Source of the DNA: Candidatus Magasanikiibacteriota bacterium
GTDB taxonomy: Bacteria > Patescibacteriota > Patescibacteriia > Magasanikbacterales > UBA922
Assembly (NCBI GenBank): GCA_049287025.1
Contig: JBAQFA010000005.1
Span: 1,671-65,670, forward strand
DNA length: 64,000 bases
Direction of reading: 5' to 3'
The notes below the pieces were generated by a model. That model did no database searches. It saw only the letters and a list, made by a program, of their open reading frames with translations, and had not been told where the DNA came from. Positions within the stretch are counted from its first letter, which is position 1. Every line of letters begins with the position of its first letter. A program made the position numbers and the translations under genes. This document shows positions 18,844 through 28,070 of the stretch, piece by piece.

Positions 18844-18844
18844 T

Positions 18845-18870
18845 CCGCTTGCCAAAAGCGGTTTTTTTTA
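18845..18870 (+). terminator. Rho-independent terminator
   Basis: CCGCTT-gccaa-AAGCGG hairpin followed by TTTTTTTT. Confidence 0.6.
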
Positions 18871-18971
18871 TTATAGTACACCCAGCACCATAAACGATTT
18901 CCATTATCAATTTATAACTAAATATAGTTAATTCGTTATCTTATTCTTATAAAGGCAGCCTAACTAGCCTT

Positions 18972-20087
18972 ATGGTGCTGGGTAAATATATGAACGGTAA
19001 GTCAAACTACCAAATTTATTCTACCTCAAAAGAAGCCTGGGATGCAATGTATCAGGCCATTTTTGATGCGCAAAAGTCAATTTATTGGGAAGTTTATATC
19101 TTAGTAGATGATAGTGTAGGAAATCGGTTTTTTGATTTATTATGCGAAAAAGTTAAACAGGGTGTGGATGTAAAAATTGTGGTTGATTATTGGGGCAGTT
19201 TTTGGTTATCAAACAAAGCGATTGAAAAATTAAAAAACGCTGGGGTTGATATTAGATTATTCAAATTTGATGGCAATATATTTCATGGTCTAAAAAATTG
19301 GCTAGCCAGACGTAATCATCGTAAGATCATGGTGATTGATGAAACCGTTGGTTTTATTGGCGGGGTCAATGTGCAAAAAGAGATGGAAAATTGGTTAGAT
19401 ATTCATGTGAGTGTAGAAGGTAATGCGGTGAACTCATTATCCCGAGCTTTTGCTAAATCTTATATTATTTCTGGCGGAGATAAAGAAAAAGTAAAAAAAT
19501 TATTGCAATATAAATTTAGAATTAAAAAAGATGAGGCAGAATTTATTTATGATGAACCAAATCAAAAAATTTCTAATGCTAGAAAAAAATATACTGAAGC
19601 ATTGTTAAAAGCCAGAGAAAGGGTAATTTTATTTTCCCCTTATTATTTTCCCGATCGTAAATTTTTACAAGCTCTGTGGGCAGCTCGGAAACGGGGGGTA
19701 AGAGTGGATCTACTTATTCCATTTCGTGTCGATATAAAAATTGCCAAGTATGCCGCTTTTGCTTGGTTTTCTATTATGAGAAAGCATGGCGTAAATATTC
19801 ATTTGATTGATAAAATGATGCATGGTAAGGGGGTGATAGTAGATGATGATTGGGCTATGGTGGGAAGTACAAATATTGAACAAAGTGCTTTTTATAATAA
19901 TTATGAAGCTAACGTAAAAATTCAAGACAAGTTGACTGTAAAAAAATTAAAAGATAAAGTTTTGCAATGGTTGGAACAGACAGTTTTGTTTGATGATATT
20001 AAATGGGCCAAACGCAGTCGTTGGTATAAATTTAAAGAAAAGTTTGCTTTGCGGGTATATAAATATTGGTATAGAAGAAAAAAGTAA
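18972..20087 (+). CDS. cls: Phospholipase D family protein / cardiolipin synthase-like (two HKD motifs)
   Basis: HRKIMVIDETVGFIGGVN and HGKGVIVDDDWAMVGSTN form the HxKx4D...GSxN pair, 371 aa. Confidence 0.85.
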   Translation: MVLGKYMNGKSNYQIYSTSKEAWDAMYQAIFDAQKSIYWEVYILVDDSVGNRFFDLLCEKVKQGVDVKIVVDYWGSFWLSNKAIEKLKNAGVDIRLFKFDGNIFHGLKNWLARRNHRKIMVIDETVGFIGGVNVQKEMENWLDIHVSVEGNAVNSLSRAFAKSYIISGGDKEKVKKLLQYKFRIKKDEAEFIYDEPNQKISNARKKYTEALLKARERVILFSPYYFPDRKFLQALWAARKRGVRVDLLIPFRVDIKIAKYAAFAWFSIMRKHGVNIHLIDKMMHGKGVIVDDDWAMVGSTNIEQSAFYNNYEANVKIQDKLTVKKLKDKVLQWLEQTVLFDDIKWAKRSRWYKFKEKFALRVYKYWYRRKK

Positions 20088-20088
20088 T

Positions 20089-20121
20089 ATTAGGTGTTAG
20101 GTTATAGCTATTAGGTTTTAG
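20089..20121. repeat. TTAGGTT-type short tandem repeat (intergenic copy)
   Basis: attaggtgttaggttatagctattaggttttag. The same motif family appears at 30401, 40048 and 42901. Confidence 0.5.
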
Positions 20122-20126
20122 AATTA

Positions 20127-20214
20127 TCTGCTCAAATTTGTTATAATCCGTTTAATCTGCTGTTTTGTCCAATTTAACAGCAGATTTGAACAAATTAAAG
20201 CAGATTAAAACAGA
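20127..20214. repeat. Nested palindromic intergenic repeat (AATCTGCTGTT / AACAGCAGATT family) carrying an extended -10 TGTTATAAT
   Basis: Outer arms TCTGCTCAAATTTGTT / AACAAATTAAAGCAGA and inner arms AATCTGCTGTT / AACAGCAGATT. About 90% identical to the copy at 24782-24870. TGTTATAAT at 20138-20146, upstream of rarA. Confidence 0.6.
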
Positions 20215-20228
20215 AAAATATAATTTTT

Positions 20229-21584
20229 GTGTATAATAAGATTTTACAATCACCGTTGGCAGATAGAATGAGGCCTCGCTTTTTTAGCGAGTTTTTTGGT
20301 CAGGAAGAAATTGTGGGTGAAGGAAAATTATTACGTAAATTAGTAGAGAATGATGAATTATCTTCAATTATGTTTTGGGGTCCGCCAGGAGTGGGTAAGA
20401 CTACTTTAGCGCAGATTATTGCTAATCAAACTAAGTCGCACTTTGTAGTTTTATCAGCCGTGGATTCTGGCAAGGATGACCTAAGAAAAATTGTCAAAGA
20501 AGCTAAGGATAGACTTTATGGTTTGGAAAGTCAGAAAACTATTTTATTTATAGATGAAATTCATCGTTGGAACAAAGCGCAACAAGATGCATTATTACCA
20601 CTAGTAGAGAGAGGCGATTTAGTTTTAATTGGCGCGACTACAGAAAATCCATCATTTGAAATTATTGGACCATTGTTGTCTCGGTCTCGGGTGTTTATTC
20701 TAAAAAAATTGGAAGAAAAAGATATTATAAAAATAATTGATCAAGCATTGGAAGACAAAGATAGGGGATTTGGTGAATATAAAGTGGAAATTAAAGACGA
20801 AGTTAAAGAATTACTTGCCCAACTTTCTGGTGGAGATGCTAGGACAGCGTTGAATGGGTTGGAATTATCATTTAAGTCAAAAGTCCAGACCCCCTCAGCA
20901 CTCGCTTCGCTCGTGTCTACTCCCCCTAATAGGGGGAGAAAATCAGGTGTGGTAAAGATAGATATTAATGATATCAAAGAAGCCTTACAACGTACGCATT
21001 TAGTATTTGATAAAAATGGTGAAGAGTTTTATAATTTAATTTCAGCCTTGCACAAATCAATGCGCGGAAGTGATGCCAACGCGAGTTTGTATTGGCTCGC
21101 GCGAATGATTGAAGGTGGGGCAGATCCATTGTATGTCGCGCGTCGAGTTTTGCGATTTGCTGCCGAAGATATTGGTATGGCTGATTCGCACGCTTTACTT
21201 GTGGTTAACACTGCCTATGATGCTTGTCATAAATTAGGTTTTCCTGAATGCAATGTTCATTTGGCTGAAGCGGTGGTGTATTGTGCTATGGCAAAAAAAT
21301 CCAATTTAATTTATCGCGCTTATGAAGAAGCGGCGATGGATGCACGTGAGACTTCACACCTGGGTGTACCAATTCATCTCCGTAATGCCCCGACTAAATT
21401 TATGAAGGAAATTGGTTATGGTAAAGATTATAAATACACCCCGGATTTTAAAGGTGAGGAAGCAAAACAGGATTATTTGCCAAAAGAATTAAAACATAAA
21501 GATTATTTATCTAAAGCGCCAACTAGGTATACAGAATACGTGAAGTCGCGAAAAGATAAAAAACATAAAAGTTCTGAGGTATAA
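20229..21584 (+). CDS. rarA: Replication-associated recombination protein A (AAA+ ATPase, MgsA/RarA)
   Basis: Walker A GPPGVGKTTLA, Walker B LFIDEIHR, sensor and MgsA C-terminal helical domains. Contains a ~50-bp GC-rich in-frame insertion at 20888-20940. Confidence 0.9.
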   Translation: MYNKILQSPLADRMRPRFFSEFFGQEEIVGEGKLLRKLVENDELSSIMFWGPPGVGKTTLAQIIANQTKSHFVVLSAVDSGKDDLRKIVKEAKDRLYGLESQKTILFIDEIHRWNKAQQDALLPLVERGDLVLIGATTENPSFEIIGPLLSRSRVFILKKLEEKDIIKIIDQALEDKDRGFGEYKVEIKDEVKELLAQLSGGDARTALNGLELSFKSKVQTPSALASLVSTPPNRGRKSGVVKIDINDIKEALQRTHLVFDKNGEEFYNLISALHKSMRGSDANASLYWLARMIEGGADPLYVARRVLRFAAEDIGMADSHALLVVNTAYDACHKLGFPECNVHLAEAVVYCAMAKKSNLIYRAYEEAAMDARETSHLGVPIHLRNAPTKFMKEIGYGKDYKYTPDFKGEEAKQDYLPKELKHKDYLSKAPTRYTEYVKSRKDKKHKSSEV

Positions 21585-21591
21585 AATATTT

Positions 21592-22620
21592 ATGCAAATA
21601 TCTGAAAAACAATTAGAATTATTGAACACCCTGGTTTCATCTTTTCAGACTGATTATGATCTTTCTAATTTGCATTTATTTAAAAAGAGAGCTGGTTTAG
21701 CTACATTATTTTTTGATACCAAAGATTTTTTGCAAGATAAAAATTTTGTAATTTCAGAATTAGTAAGTATGTTTAACTTACCAATCAAGATTTATGGCGG
21801 TGTTAGTAATACTCTAATTACCCTTGAAGGTTTTGATGGAATTTTTATTATTGATAGAAAAGTTGGAACTGATAATATTAAGATACATGAAAAAGAAAGT
21901 GAAATTGTCTGTGATGGCGCTGTTTTATTATCAACCTTAGTAAGAGTGGTCTGTGAAGCTGGGTTTGATTTGGGCTGTTTGGCTAGCATACCAGGAACAG
22001 TGGGTGGTGGAGTAATTGGTAATTGTGGGGCAGGGAATACGGGTAAATATATTAGTGATTTTATAACTAAAATAGAAGCTTATAATATTTTAGAAAGAAA
22101 AATAGAAATTTTTTATCCAGATGAAAAGTTTTTTTCTGGTAGAAAAAGTTTATTACAAGATTTTAATATTCCTTGTACAAAATATATTATTGATAAGGTA
22201 ACATTAAAACCGAATTTTGTTGGCAGTGAGAAAGCGGTAGAATATTTAAAAGAGAGAATAGAATATAGAAAAAAAGTAAATGAAGAAGGTCATAATTTTG
22301 GGACAGCTGGTTCTTTTTGGGCTAATAGAGTTTTACCAGATAGTTTTAAAATAAACAATCCAGATGTAAAGGTGCGTGATTTAATCGTCAGGACTGGTTT
22401 GGATAAATTGAATATTAATGGTGCACGATATACACCCAATTATTCCTTTTTATCTACTGAAGATAACACTTCTGATGAAGATGTCGCACAATTATTAAAA
22501 ATTACTGTTAATGCTTTGCAAAGAGACTACAATATAACTCCATATAAAGAAGTAGAAATATTATCCAAAAATGGTGTTATTACTCTGGATGAATATTTTG
22601 CTTTGTATCAAAATGATTAA
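21592..22620 (+). CDS. MurB-like paralog (UDP-N-acetylenolpyruvoylglucosamine reductase-related, divergent)
   Basis: IYGGVSNTLI (versus GGGSNLL) and GLASIPGTVGGGVIGNCGAGN (versus GIPGTIGGAVRGNAGA in the canonical murB at 53256), colinear with MurB. The FAD motif is degenerate. Confidence 0.5.
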   Translation: MQISEKQLELLNTLVSSFQTDYDLSNLHLFKKRAGLATLFFDTKDFLQDKNFVISELVSMFNLPIKIYGGVSNTLITLEGFDGIFIIDRKVGTDNIKIHEKESEIVCDGAVLLSTLVRVVCEAGFDLGCLASIPGTVGGGVIGNCGAGNTGKYISDFITKIEAYNILERKIEIFYPDEKFFSGRKSLLQDFNIPCTKYIIDKVTLKPNFVGSEKAVEYLKERIEYRKKVNEEGHNFGTAGSFWANRVLPDSFKINNPDVKVRDLIVRTGLDKLNINGARYTPNYSFLSTEDNTSDEDVAQLLKITVNALQRDYNITPYKEVEILSKNGVITLDEYFALYQND

Positions 22621-22622
22621 TT

Positions 22623-23117
22623 ATGAATCTAACAATTGAAAAATACACAATAAAAAACAGGATTAGTTTGATGAAGTTGATTGATGAATTTCAAGATTAT
22701 TTAATTAGCATTGATGATTTTAAAAGATTAGTTAAGAAATCAGGTTTTTGTACTAAATATTTTGCAAACATAATAAAAATATCAAAATTAAACAACGGTG
22801 TAATTTATTTGGCAAAAGATAATAATGGTTTAGCTATTGGTTATGTCGTTGGCATTATTAAGAAAGAAAACGTTGTAGAATCGTTATTGCATAAGAATCA
22901 AGAAAAAATAGGTAGAGTTATAGATTTATTTGTTAGTGAGAATTATAGAGGTCAAAAGGTGGGTTATAAACTTTTAAATTACATAGAAAAATATTTTAAG
23001 ACAAAAAAATGTGATTTAATTAGGATTGAAGTTTACGCACCGAATAAAAAAGCCCATGAATTCTATAAAAAATGTGGTTATTTGAATGAATCAATTGATG
23101 TTGTTAAATTTATTTGA
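22623..23117 (+). CDS. GNAT family N-acetyltransferase
   Basis: Motif A region RGQKVGYKLLNYIE with an acetyl-CoA binding beta-alpha-beta pattern, 164 aa. Confidence 0.75.
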   Translation: MNLTIEKYTIKNRISLMKLIDEFQDYLISIDDFKRLVKKSGFCTKYFANIIKISKLNNGVIYLAKDNNGLAIGYVVGIIKKENVVESLLHKNQEKIGRVIDLFVSENYRGQKVGYKLLNYIEKYFKTKKCDLIRIEVYAPNKKAHEFYKKCGYLNESIDVVKFI

Positions 23118-23796
23118 TATGCAGAAAATTTTTGTCATTCTAGGCTATGGTGTACCAAAAAACATTATGACTGATGATAATTATGGTTGTTATTTAGGCT
23201 TTACTTTTAATAAGATTTATGATGAAGTAAATGGGGAACAGGCAAAAATTTTATTTTGTGGTGGCAAGACTGATTGTCATTCGCCATACAAAAGAACTGA
23301 GGCCGAAGAAATGTTTAAATTGTTTGTGAGTTTTGCCAAAAGAAAATTTATTAAAGCAAAAACTAAGGATTGGCAATATATAAAAGAGAAAAAATCAGTC
23401 TGTCGTTTGGAAAATTTTTTGTACACTTATGACTATCTTGTAAAACATAAAATAAAATCAGCTGAAGTAGTAGTTTTTTGTGAATATACTAGACGAAAGA
23501 GGGCAGGGGAATTGATAAAAAGGATTTTTAAAGGCTATAAAGTAAAATTAGAACCAGTGGATTTTGATTTAAGTCCTAATCGTTATTTAGATAAAGATTT
23601 TATATCAAAAAAAGAGAATAGACAGCAGGCTTGGGCATTGCGTGCCTTGGCAGACAAAAATGAATTAAAAAAGTTTATTCAAAATCATAAAGATAAGTTA
23701 AAATTTCTTCGAGAAAATAATTATATTAATAATCCAGAAGTGGTAGAGGAGTGGTGGAAGATAAATAACAAATTACAAAAACCAAATAACAAATAA
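23086..23796 (+). CDS. Hypothetical protein (possible DUF218/YdcF-like fold)
   Basis: ILGYGVP...GG.TD...RTEAEEM pattern is loosely YdcF-like. The likely start is MQKIFVILGYG near 23110. Low-confidence functional call. Confidence 0.4.
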   Translation: MNQLMLLNLFDMQKIFVILGYGVPKNIMTDDNYGCYLGFTFNKIYDEVNGEQAKILFCGGKTDCHSPYKRTEAEEMFKLFVSFAKRKFIKAKTKDWQYIKEKKSVCRLENFLYTYDYLVKHKIKSAEVVVFCEYTRRKRAGELIKRIFKGYKVKLEPVDFDLSPNRYLDKDFISKKENRQQAWALRALADKNELKKFIQNHKDKLKFLRENNYINNPEVVEEWWKINNKLQKPNNK

Positions 23797-23821
23797 ATTA
23801 CAAATTTTGAAATTATAAAAT

Positions 23822-24769
23822 ATGCTTAGATATATTGCCGACTATATTACAAAACTTATACAGATAACCCCAGACACTCGTCTTTATGAAGTCGTGAGTT
23901 ATTTTATTTATGATGTGATCAAAATTTTATTATTGCTCGCGATAATGATTTTTGTGGTTTCGATTTTGCGGACATTTTTACCCAAAGAAAAAATCAAAGC
24001 GATTTTGGCTAAGCGTCATCCATTTTGGGGCCATTTGTTGGCTGGGTTATTTGGTATTATTACGCCGTTTTGTTCTTGTAGTGCTGTGCCATTATTTCTA
24101 GGCTTTGTAGAAGCGGGTATACCACTAGGAGCGACTTTTACATTCCTCATTGCTTCACCTATGATAAATGAAGTGGCGATCGCTTTGCTTTGGAGTATGT
24201 TTGGTATAAAGATTGCTTTATTATATATAATTAGTGGATTAATAATTGCTATGTTAGCTGGGTATATAATTGGTAAGTTTAAGGCTGAAACTTTACTAGA
24301 AAGTTTAGAAAATAATAAACAGTGCGGTTGTGCAAATAAGAAAATACCAACTTGGTCTGAGCGTATAAATTATGCTTTAAAATATACCAAGAGAATTATC
24401 AAAAAAGTCTGGCTGTATATTATAATCGGTGTGGGTTTGGGTGCTTGGATTCATGGCTATGTACCAACCGATTGGTTAGCGCAGTATGCTGGTGGTGATG
24501 TCTGGTATGCTGTGCCACTGGCTACTTTGATTGGTATTCCACTTTACTCCAATGCCGCTGGTGTGGTACCATTAATCTCCGCTCTAGTAGAAAAAGGTGT
24601 GGGTTTGGGTACAGCTTTGGCTCTGATGATGTCTGTCACGGCCTTGTCTTTGCCTGAGTTTATGATATTGAAAAAAGTCATGAAACCAAAACTTTTGGCA
24701 ATTTTTGCTGGAGTAATGTTTGTGGGTATTACAGTGGTAGGTTATTTATTTAATTTTTTACTTAAATAA
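23822..24769 (+). CDS. DUF318/ArsP-type permease (predicted two-domain permease with Cys motif)
   Basis: TPFCSCSAVPLFLG motif plus eight or more TM helices in a duplicated arrangement, 315 aa. Confidence 0.8.
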   Translation: MLRYIADYITKLIQITPDTRLYEVVSYFIYDVIKILLLLAIMIFVVSILRTFLPKEKIKAILAKRHPFWGHLLAGLFGIITPFCSCSAVPLFLGFVEAGIPLGATFTFLIASPMINEVAIALLWSMFGIKIALLYIISGLIIAMLAGYIIGKFKAETLLESLENNKQCGCANKKIPTWSERINYALKYTKRIIKKVWLYIIIGVGLGAWIHGYVPTDWLAQYAGGDVWYAVPLATLIGIPLYSNAAGVVPLISALVEKGVGLGTALALMMSVTALSLPEFMILKKVMKPKLLAIFAGVMFVGITVVGYLFNFLLK

Positions 24770-24781
24770 ATTGTAAGATTT

Positions 24782-24870
24782 CTGTTTAAATCCGTTATAA
24801 TTAGTTTAATCTGCTGTCTTATATAATTTAACAGCAGATTTGAACAGATTAAAGCAAATTAAAACAGAAA
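24782..24870. repeat. Second copy of the AATCTGCTGTT / AACAGCAGATT nested palindromic intergenic repeat
   Basis: tttaatctgctgtcttatataatttaacagcagatttgaacagattaaagcaaattaaaacagaa; about 90% identical to 20127-20214. Confidence 0.6.
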
Positions 24871-24962
24871 ATAATATATTATCTATCTTTTTGTTAGATA
24901 TTAAAATGTAAATACCGTTGTAAGTTTTAACAAATAAATATTTACAACTAATTTATCAAGCT

Positions 24963-26159
24963 ATGAATAAAGAAAATAAAATAATATATTTGCTTTCCAC
25001 CTTAGGATTTTTTGGAATTTTTTCTACTACTATGGCCAAAAATCCTGTCTTGCCTTTGTATGTCAATGCTCTGGGTCAGGGAGAATCAGTTGTGGGTTTG
25101 ATCTCAGCCATTTCTCCTTTGGCTGGAATTATTTTTAGTTTTCCCGTGGGTTTATTAATAGATAATTGGGGAAAGAAAAAATTATTAATTATTTCCGCCT
25201 TAGTGTTTGTGTTGGCGCCATTGTTGTATATGTTAGTTTCCAATGCCTGGTGGTTAGTGCCAATTAGATTTTTTCATGGTTTAGCGACTGCTATTCTTGG
25301 TCCATTGTCAGCTACGATTATTTTTCATGCTTATGAAAAAAATAAAGGCGAAAAATTAGGTACTTATTCTTCGGCCACTTTAATCGGTCGCACTCTAGCG
25401 CCTCTTTTTGGCGGAATGATTATTTCTTATTTTACTTTTTTTAGTGGTTTGTGGAATTATCGTTTAGTTTATTTAGCTGTGTTTATTTTGGCTTTACCAG
25501 TTTTACCTTTGGCTTTGATGTATAGAGATGAGGGGGAGAATAAATCTAGTGGTAAAAATTTGAATTTTAGTATTTTCTGGCAGGCAGTAAAGAATATTTT
25601 TAGTCAGGCCAAACTAGTATCTACGGCTTTGGTAGAAATGTCTATTTATTTTATTTTTGGGGTTTTGGAAACTTTTTTACCGCTTTATTTATATAACTTA
25701 GGTTTTAGTGGCACTAAGATTGGTTTAATTTTTTCTATACAAATTTTGGCTATTGCCCTTACGAAACCTTTGTTTGGACGCTTGGCTGATCGCATTAATA
25801 AACGTTCCCAAATAGTTTTTGGAATGTTAATTTTGAGTTTATCTTTTGTGTTAATTCCGTTTTTACATAATTATTGGTTAATATTAATTTTAAGTATAGT
25901 TTTTGGTTTAGGAATGTCTATTTCTACAGTAGCCACCAATTCTTATGTGCCAGAAATAATCAGAAAAGAAGATTTGGGCGGTTCTATGGGGGCTCTGAGT
26001 TCACTTATGGATGTGGGGCATTCTAGTGGACCATTTGTAGTTGGTTTGATTATTACTTATTTTAGTTTTGGTCTTGGTTTTATTTTTGGCTTATTTATTG
26101 CTTTACTTGCTACTATTTATTTTATGATTTGTAATTTTCGAAAAATTGTCAGTTATTGA
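24963..26159 (+). CDS. MFS transporter
   Basis: Twelve TM helices with the G-x-L-x-D-x-x-G-[KR]-[KR] motif (GLLIDNWGKKK) in loop 2-3, 398 aa. Confidence 0.85.
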   Translation: MNKENKIIYLLSTLGFFGIFSTTMAKNPVLPLYVNALGQGESVVGLISAISPLAGIIFSFPVGLLIDNWGKKKLLIISALVFVLAPLLYMLVSNAWWLVPIRFFHGLATAILGPLSATIIFHAYEKNKGEKLGTYSSATLIGRTLAPLFGGMIISYFTFFSGLWNYRLVYLAVFILALPVLPLALMYRDEGENKSSGKNLNFSIFWQAVKNIFSQAKLVSTALVEMSIYFIFGVLETFLPLYLYNLGFSGTKIGLIFSIQILAIALTKPLFGRLADRINKRSQIVFGMLILSLSFVLIPFLHNYWLILILSIVFGLGMSISTVATNSYVPEIIRKEDLGGSMGALSSLMDVGHSSGPFVVGLIITYFSFGLGFIFGLFIALLATIYFMICNFRKIVSY

Positions 26160-26184
26160 CAAAAGGACAAAAATGTGGTACTAT
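26156..26184 (+). promoter_or_regulatory. Candidate sigma70-like promoter (TTGACA-N17-TACTAT)
   Basis: TTGACA at 26156-26161, a 17-nt spacer, TACTAT at 26179-26184, about 30 nt upstream of the 26215 ORF. Confidence 0.3.
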
Positions 26185-26214
26185 ATATTTGTATTAAATT
26201 ATTAATTATATAAT

Positions 26215-26478
26215 ATGAGTGAATTTCCTTTGATTATAAAAGGTGGTAGATTAGTAAAATTGGCTGGTTATCATTCTCCTGTGGAAGGCGCAGCACAGGA
26301 ACAATTAGTAATGCCTTTGGATGAAGGTGAAAAAACAACAATATTAGCTAAATTAGCTGAACAAAACGAAGGTCAAACTTTTACTTTTAGTCAAAAAAAT
26401 GAATTGTGTGATGGTGATGGTAATCCTTTGGATGAACAGGCTGTTAATCGGTTGTTGACTACAATTCACTTGGAATAG
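26215..26478 (+). CDS. Hypothetical small protein (87 aa)
   Basis: Compact ORF with a promoter-like site upstream. No recognisable motif. Confidence 0.5.
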   Translation: MSEFPLIIKGGRLVKLAGYHSPVEGAAQEQLVMPLDEGEKTTILAKLAEQNEGQTFTFSQKNELCDGDGNPLDEQAVNRLLTTIHLE

Positions 26479-26512
26479 TAAAAAATCCCAATCCAATTGG
26501 GATTTTAAATTT

Positions 26513-27052
26513 ATGCAAAAATTTCTTCTCCACACCTGTTGTGCGCCGTGTAGTATCGCGGTGATTGATGAATTAAAGAGTCAGTATGATCTCACTGTGT
26601 TTTTTTATAATCCCAATATTTATCCAGAAGAAGAATATTTAAAAAGAAAAAAGGAAGTGGTGAAAGTTTGTGAAGAGTGGGGAGTGAAAATTATAGATTT
26701 TGATTATGATCAATCTAGCTGGGACGAAGCAATTAAAGGTTTAGAAAATGAACCAGAAGGTGGAGCGAGATGTCCAAAATGTTTTGCCATGCGACTAGAA
26801 AAAACTGCCCAGTGTGCCAAAGAAAATAATTATGATATTTTTTGTACGACTCTAACTAGTGGACGCAATAAATTAGCGGAAATAATAAATCCGATTGGCA
26901 GAATGCTCGGTGAAAAATATGGAGTAGAATTTTTGGAAGCTGATTGGAAAAAAGAGGGGAGACAAGAAAAGGGGAAGTGTATGGTTCAAGAACGTAATAT
27001 TTATCGACAAGACTACTGTGGTTGTAAATATTCTTTGCAAACAAAGTCCTAA
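26513..27052 (+). CDS. queH: Epoxyqueuosine reductase QueH (DUF208)
   Basis: LLHTCCAPCS N-terminal Cys motif and the later CxxC...C, characteristic of QueH, 179 aa. Confidence 0.85.
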   Translation: MQKFLLHTCCAPCSIAVIDELKSQYDLTVFFYNPNIYPEEEYLKRKKEVVKVCEEWGVKIIDFDYDQSSWDEAIKGLENEPEGGARCPKCFAMRLEKTAQCAKENNYDIFCTTLTSGRNKLAEIINPIGRMLGEKYGVEFLEADWKKEGRQEKGKCMVQERNIYRQDYCGCKYSLQTKS

Positions 27053-27100
27053 AATTTCTAATTCACCTAATTTCTGACAAAATAATAAAATGATACAAAT

Positions 27101-27421
27101 ATGAAAACAAAATTGAAAAGAGACAAATTTAGAACTGTACGCGGTGGTTGTTCACGTTTGTTAGAATTAAATTGTCGTCTTTGTAATTCACTGGTAATAA
27201 AATACCAAAAAGATGGTCCGGGGTCTATTTATCGTTTGTATTTTGATAGAATTGTTTATCCAGAAAAATTGGTCGGTTTGGAAAAATTTAATTTAAAAGA
27301 TGTTCAGAGTTTAAAATGTCCAAAATGTAAAGAAATTTTGGGCACGCCATATATTTATAAAGCGGAAAAGAGAAAATGTTTTCGATTATATAATGGCGCT
27401 CTTGTAAAAAATAAAATATGA
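27101..27421 (+). CDS. Hypothetical zinc-ribbon protein
   Basis: CRLCN ... CPKCKE pair of CxxC knuckles, 106 aa. Confidence 0.5.
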   Translation: MKTKLKRDKFRTVRGGCSRLLELNCRLCNSLVIKYQKDGPGSIYRLYFDRIVYPEKLVGLEKFNLKDVQSLKCPKCKEILGTPYIYKAEKRKCFRLYNGALVKNKI

Positions 27422-27996
27422 GACAGATTATTTTAGCCTCTACCTCGCCACGAAGAAAAGAATTGTTAAGTAAGACGGGTTTGAAGTTTAAAGCAGTAGA
27501 AAGTGGTTATGAAGAAGACATGACATTGAAATTAACACCAAGAAAATTGGTGGAATTTTTGTCTGAAAAAAAAGCCCTGGCTGTAATGAAAAAATATCCA
27601 AGAGCCATTATTATTAGTGGAGATACTATTATTGCTTTTAAAAATAAAGTCTTAGGTAAACCAAAAAGTAAAATTGAAGCGAAAAAATTTTTACAAATGC
27701 TCTCGGGAAAAACTCACGAAGTGATTACGGCGTTTACTATTCTTGATTGTCAGACTAAAAAAATAATTACCAAATCAATCCCAACAAAGATTACCATGAA
27801 GAAATTAACTGACAAAGAAATTACTTGGTATATAAAGACTGGCGAACCATTGGATAAGGCGGGAGCTTATGCGATTCAGGGTTTGGGATCAATGTTTATT
27901 ACAAAAATCTCTGGTGATTATTTTGCCACGGTTGGTTTGCCGGTTTATCATTTAGTGCAAGAGTTGAAGAAGTTTGGAATAGAAGTCATCACATAA
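27418..27996 (+). CDS. maf: Maf-like nucleoside triphosphate pyrophosphatase
   Basis: ILASTSPRRKELL N-terminal motif and the conserved Maf fold length, 192 aa. Confidence 0.9.
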   Translation: MRQIILASTSPRRKELLSKTGLKFKAVESGYEEDMTLKLTPRKLVEFLSEKKALAVMKKYPRAIIISGDTIIAFKNKVLGKPKSKIEAKKFLQMLSGKTHEVITAFTILDCQTKKIITKSIPTKITMKKLTDKEITWYIKTGEPLDKAGAYAIQGLGSMFITKISGDYFATVGLPVYHLVQELKKFGIEVIT

Positions 27997-28033
27997 CATA
28001 TATCATGTAACACATAACAAATAACAAAAAACA

Positions 28034-28060
28034 AAACCGGCCCAAGTTGGTCGGTTTTTT
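28034..28060. terminator. Bidirectional rho-independent terminator
   Basis: A-run, then AACCGGCC-caag-TTGGTCGGTT hairpin, then a T-run. Confidence 0.55.
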
Positions 28061-28070
28061 GCAAAAATAC

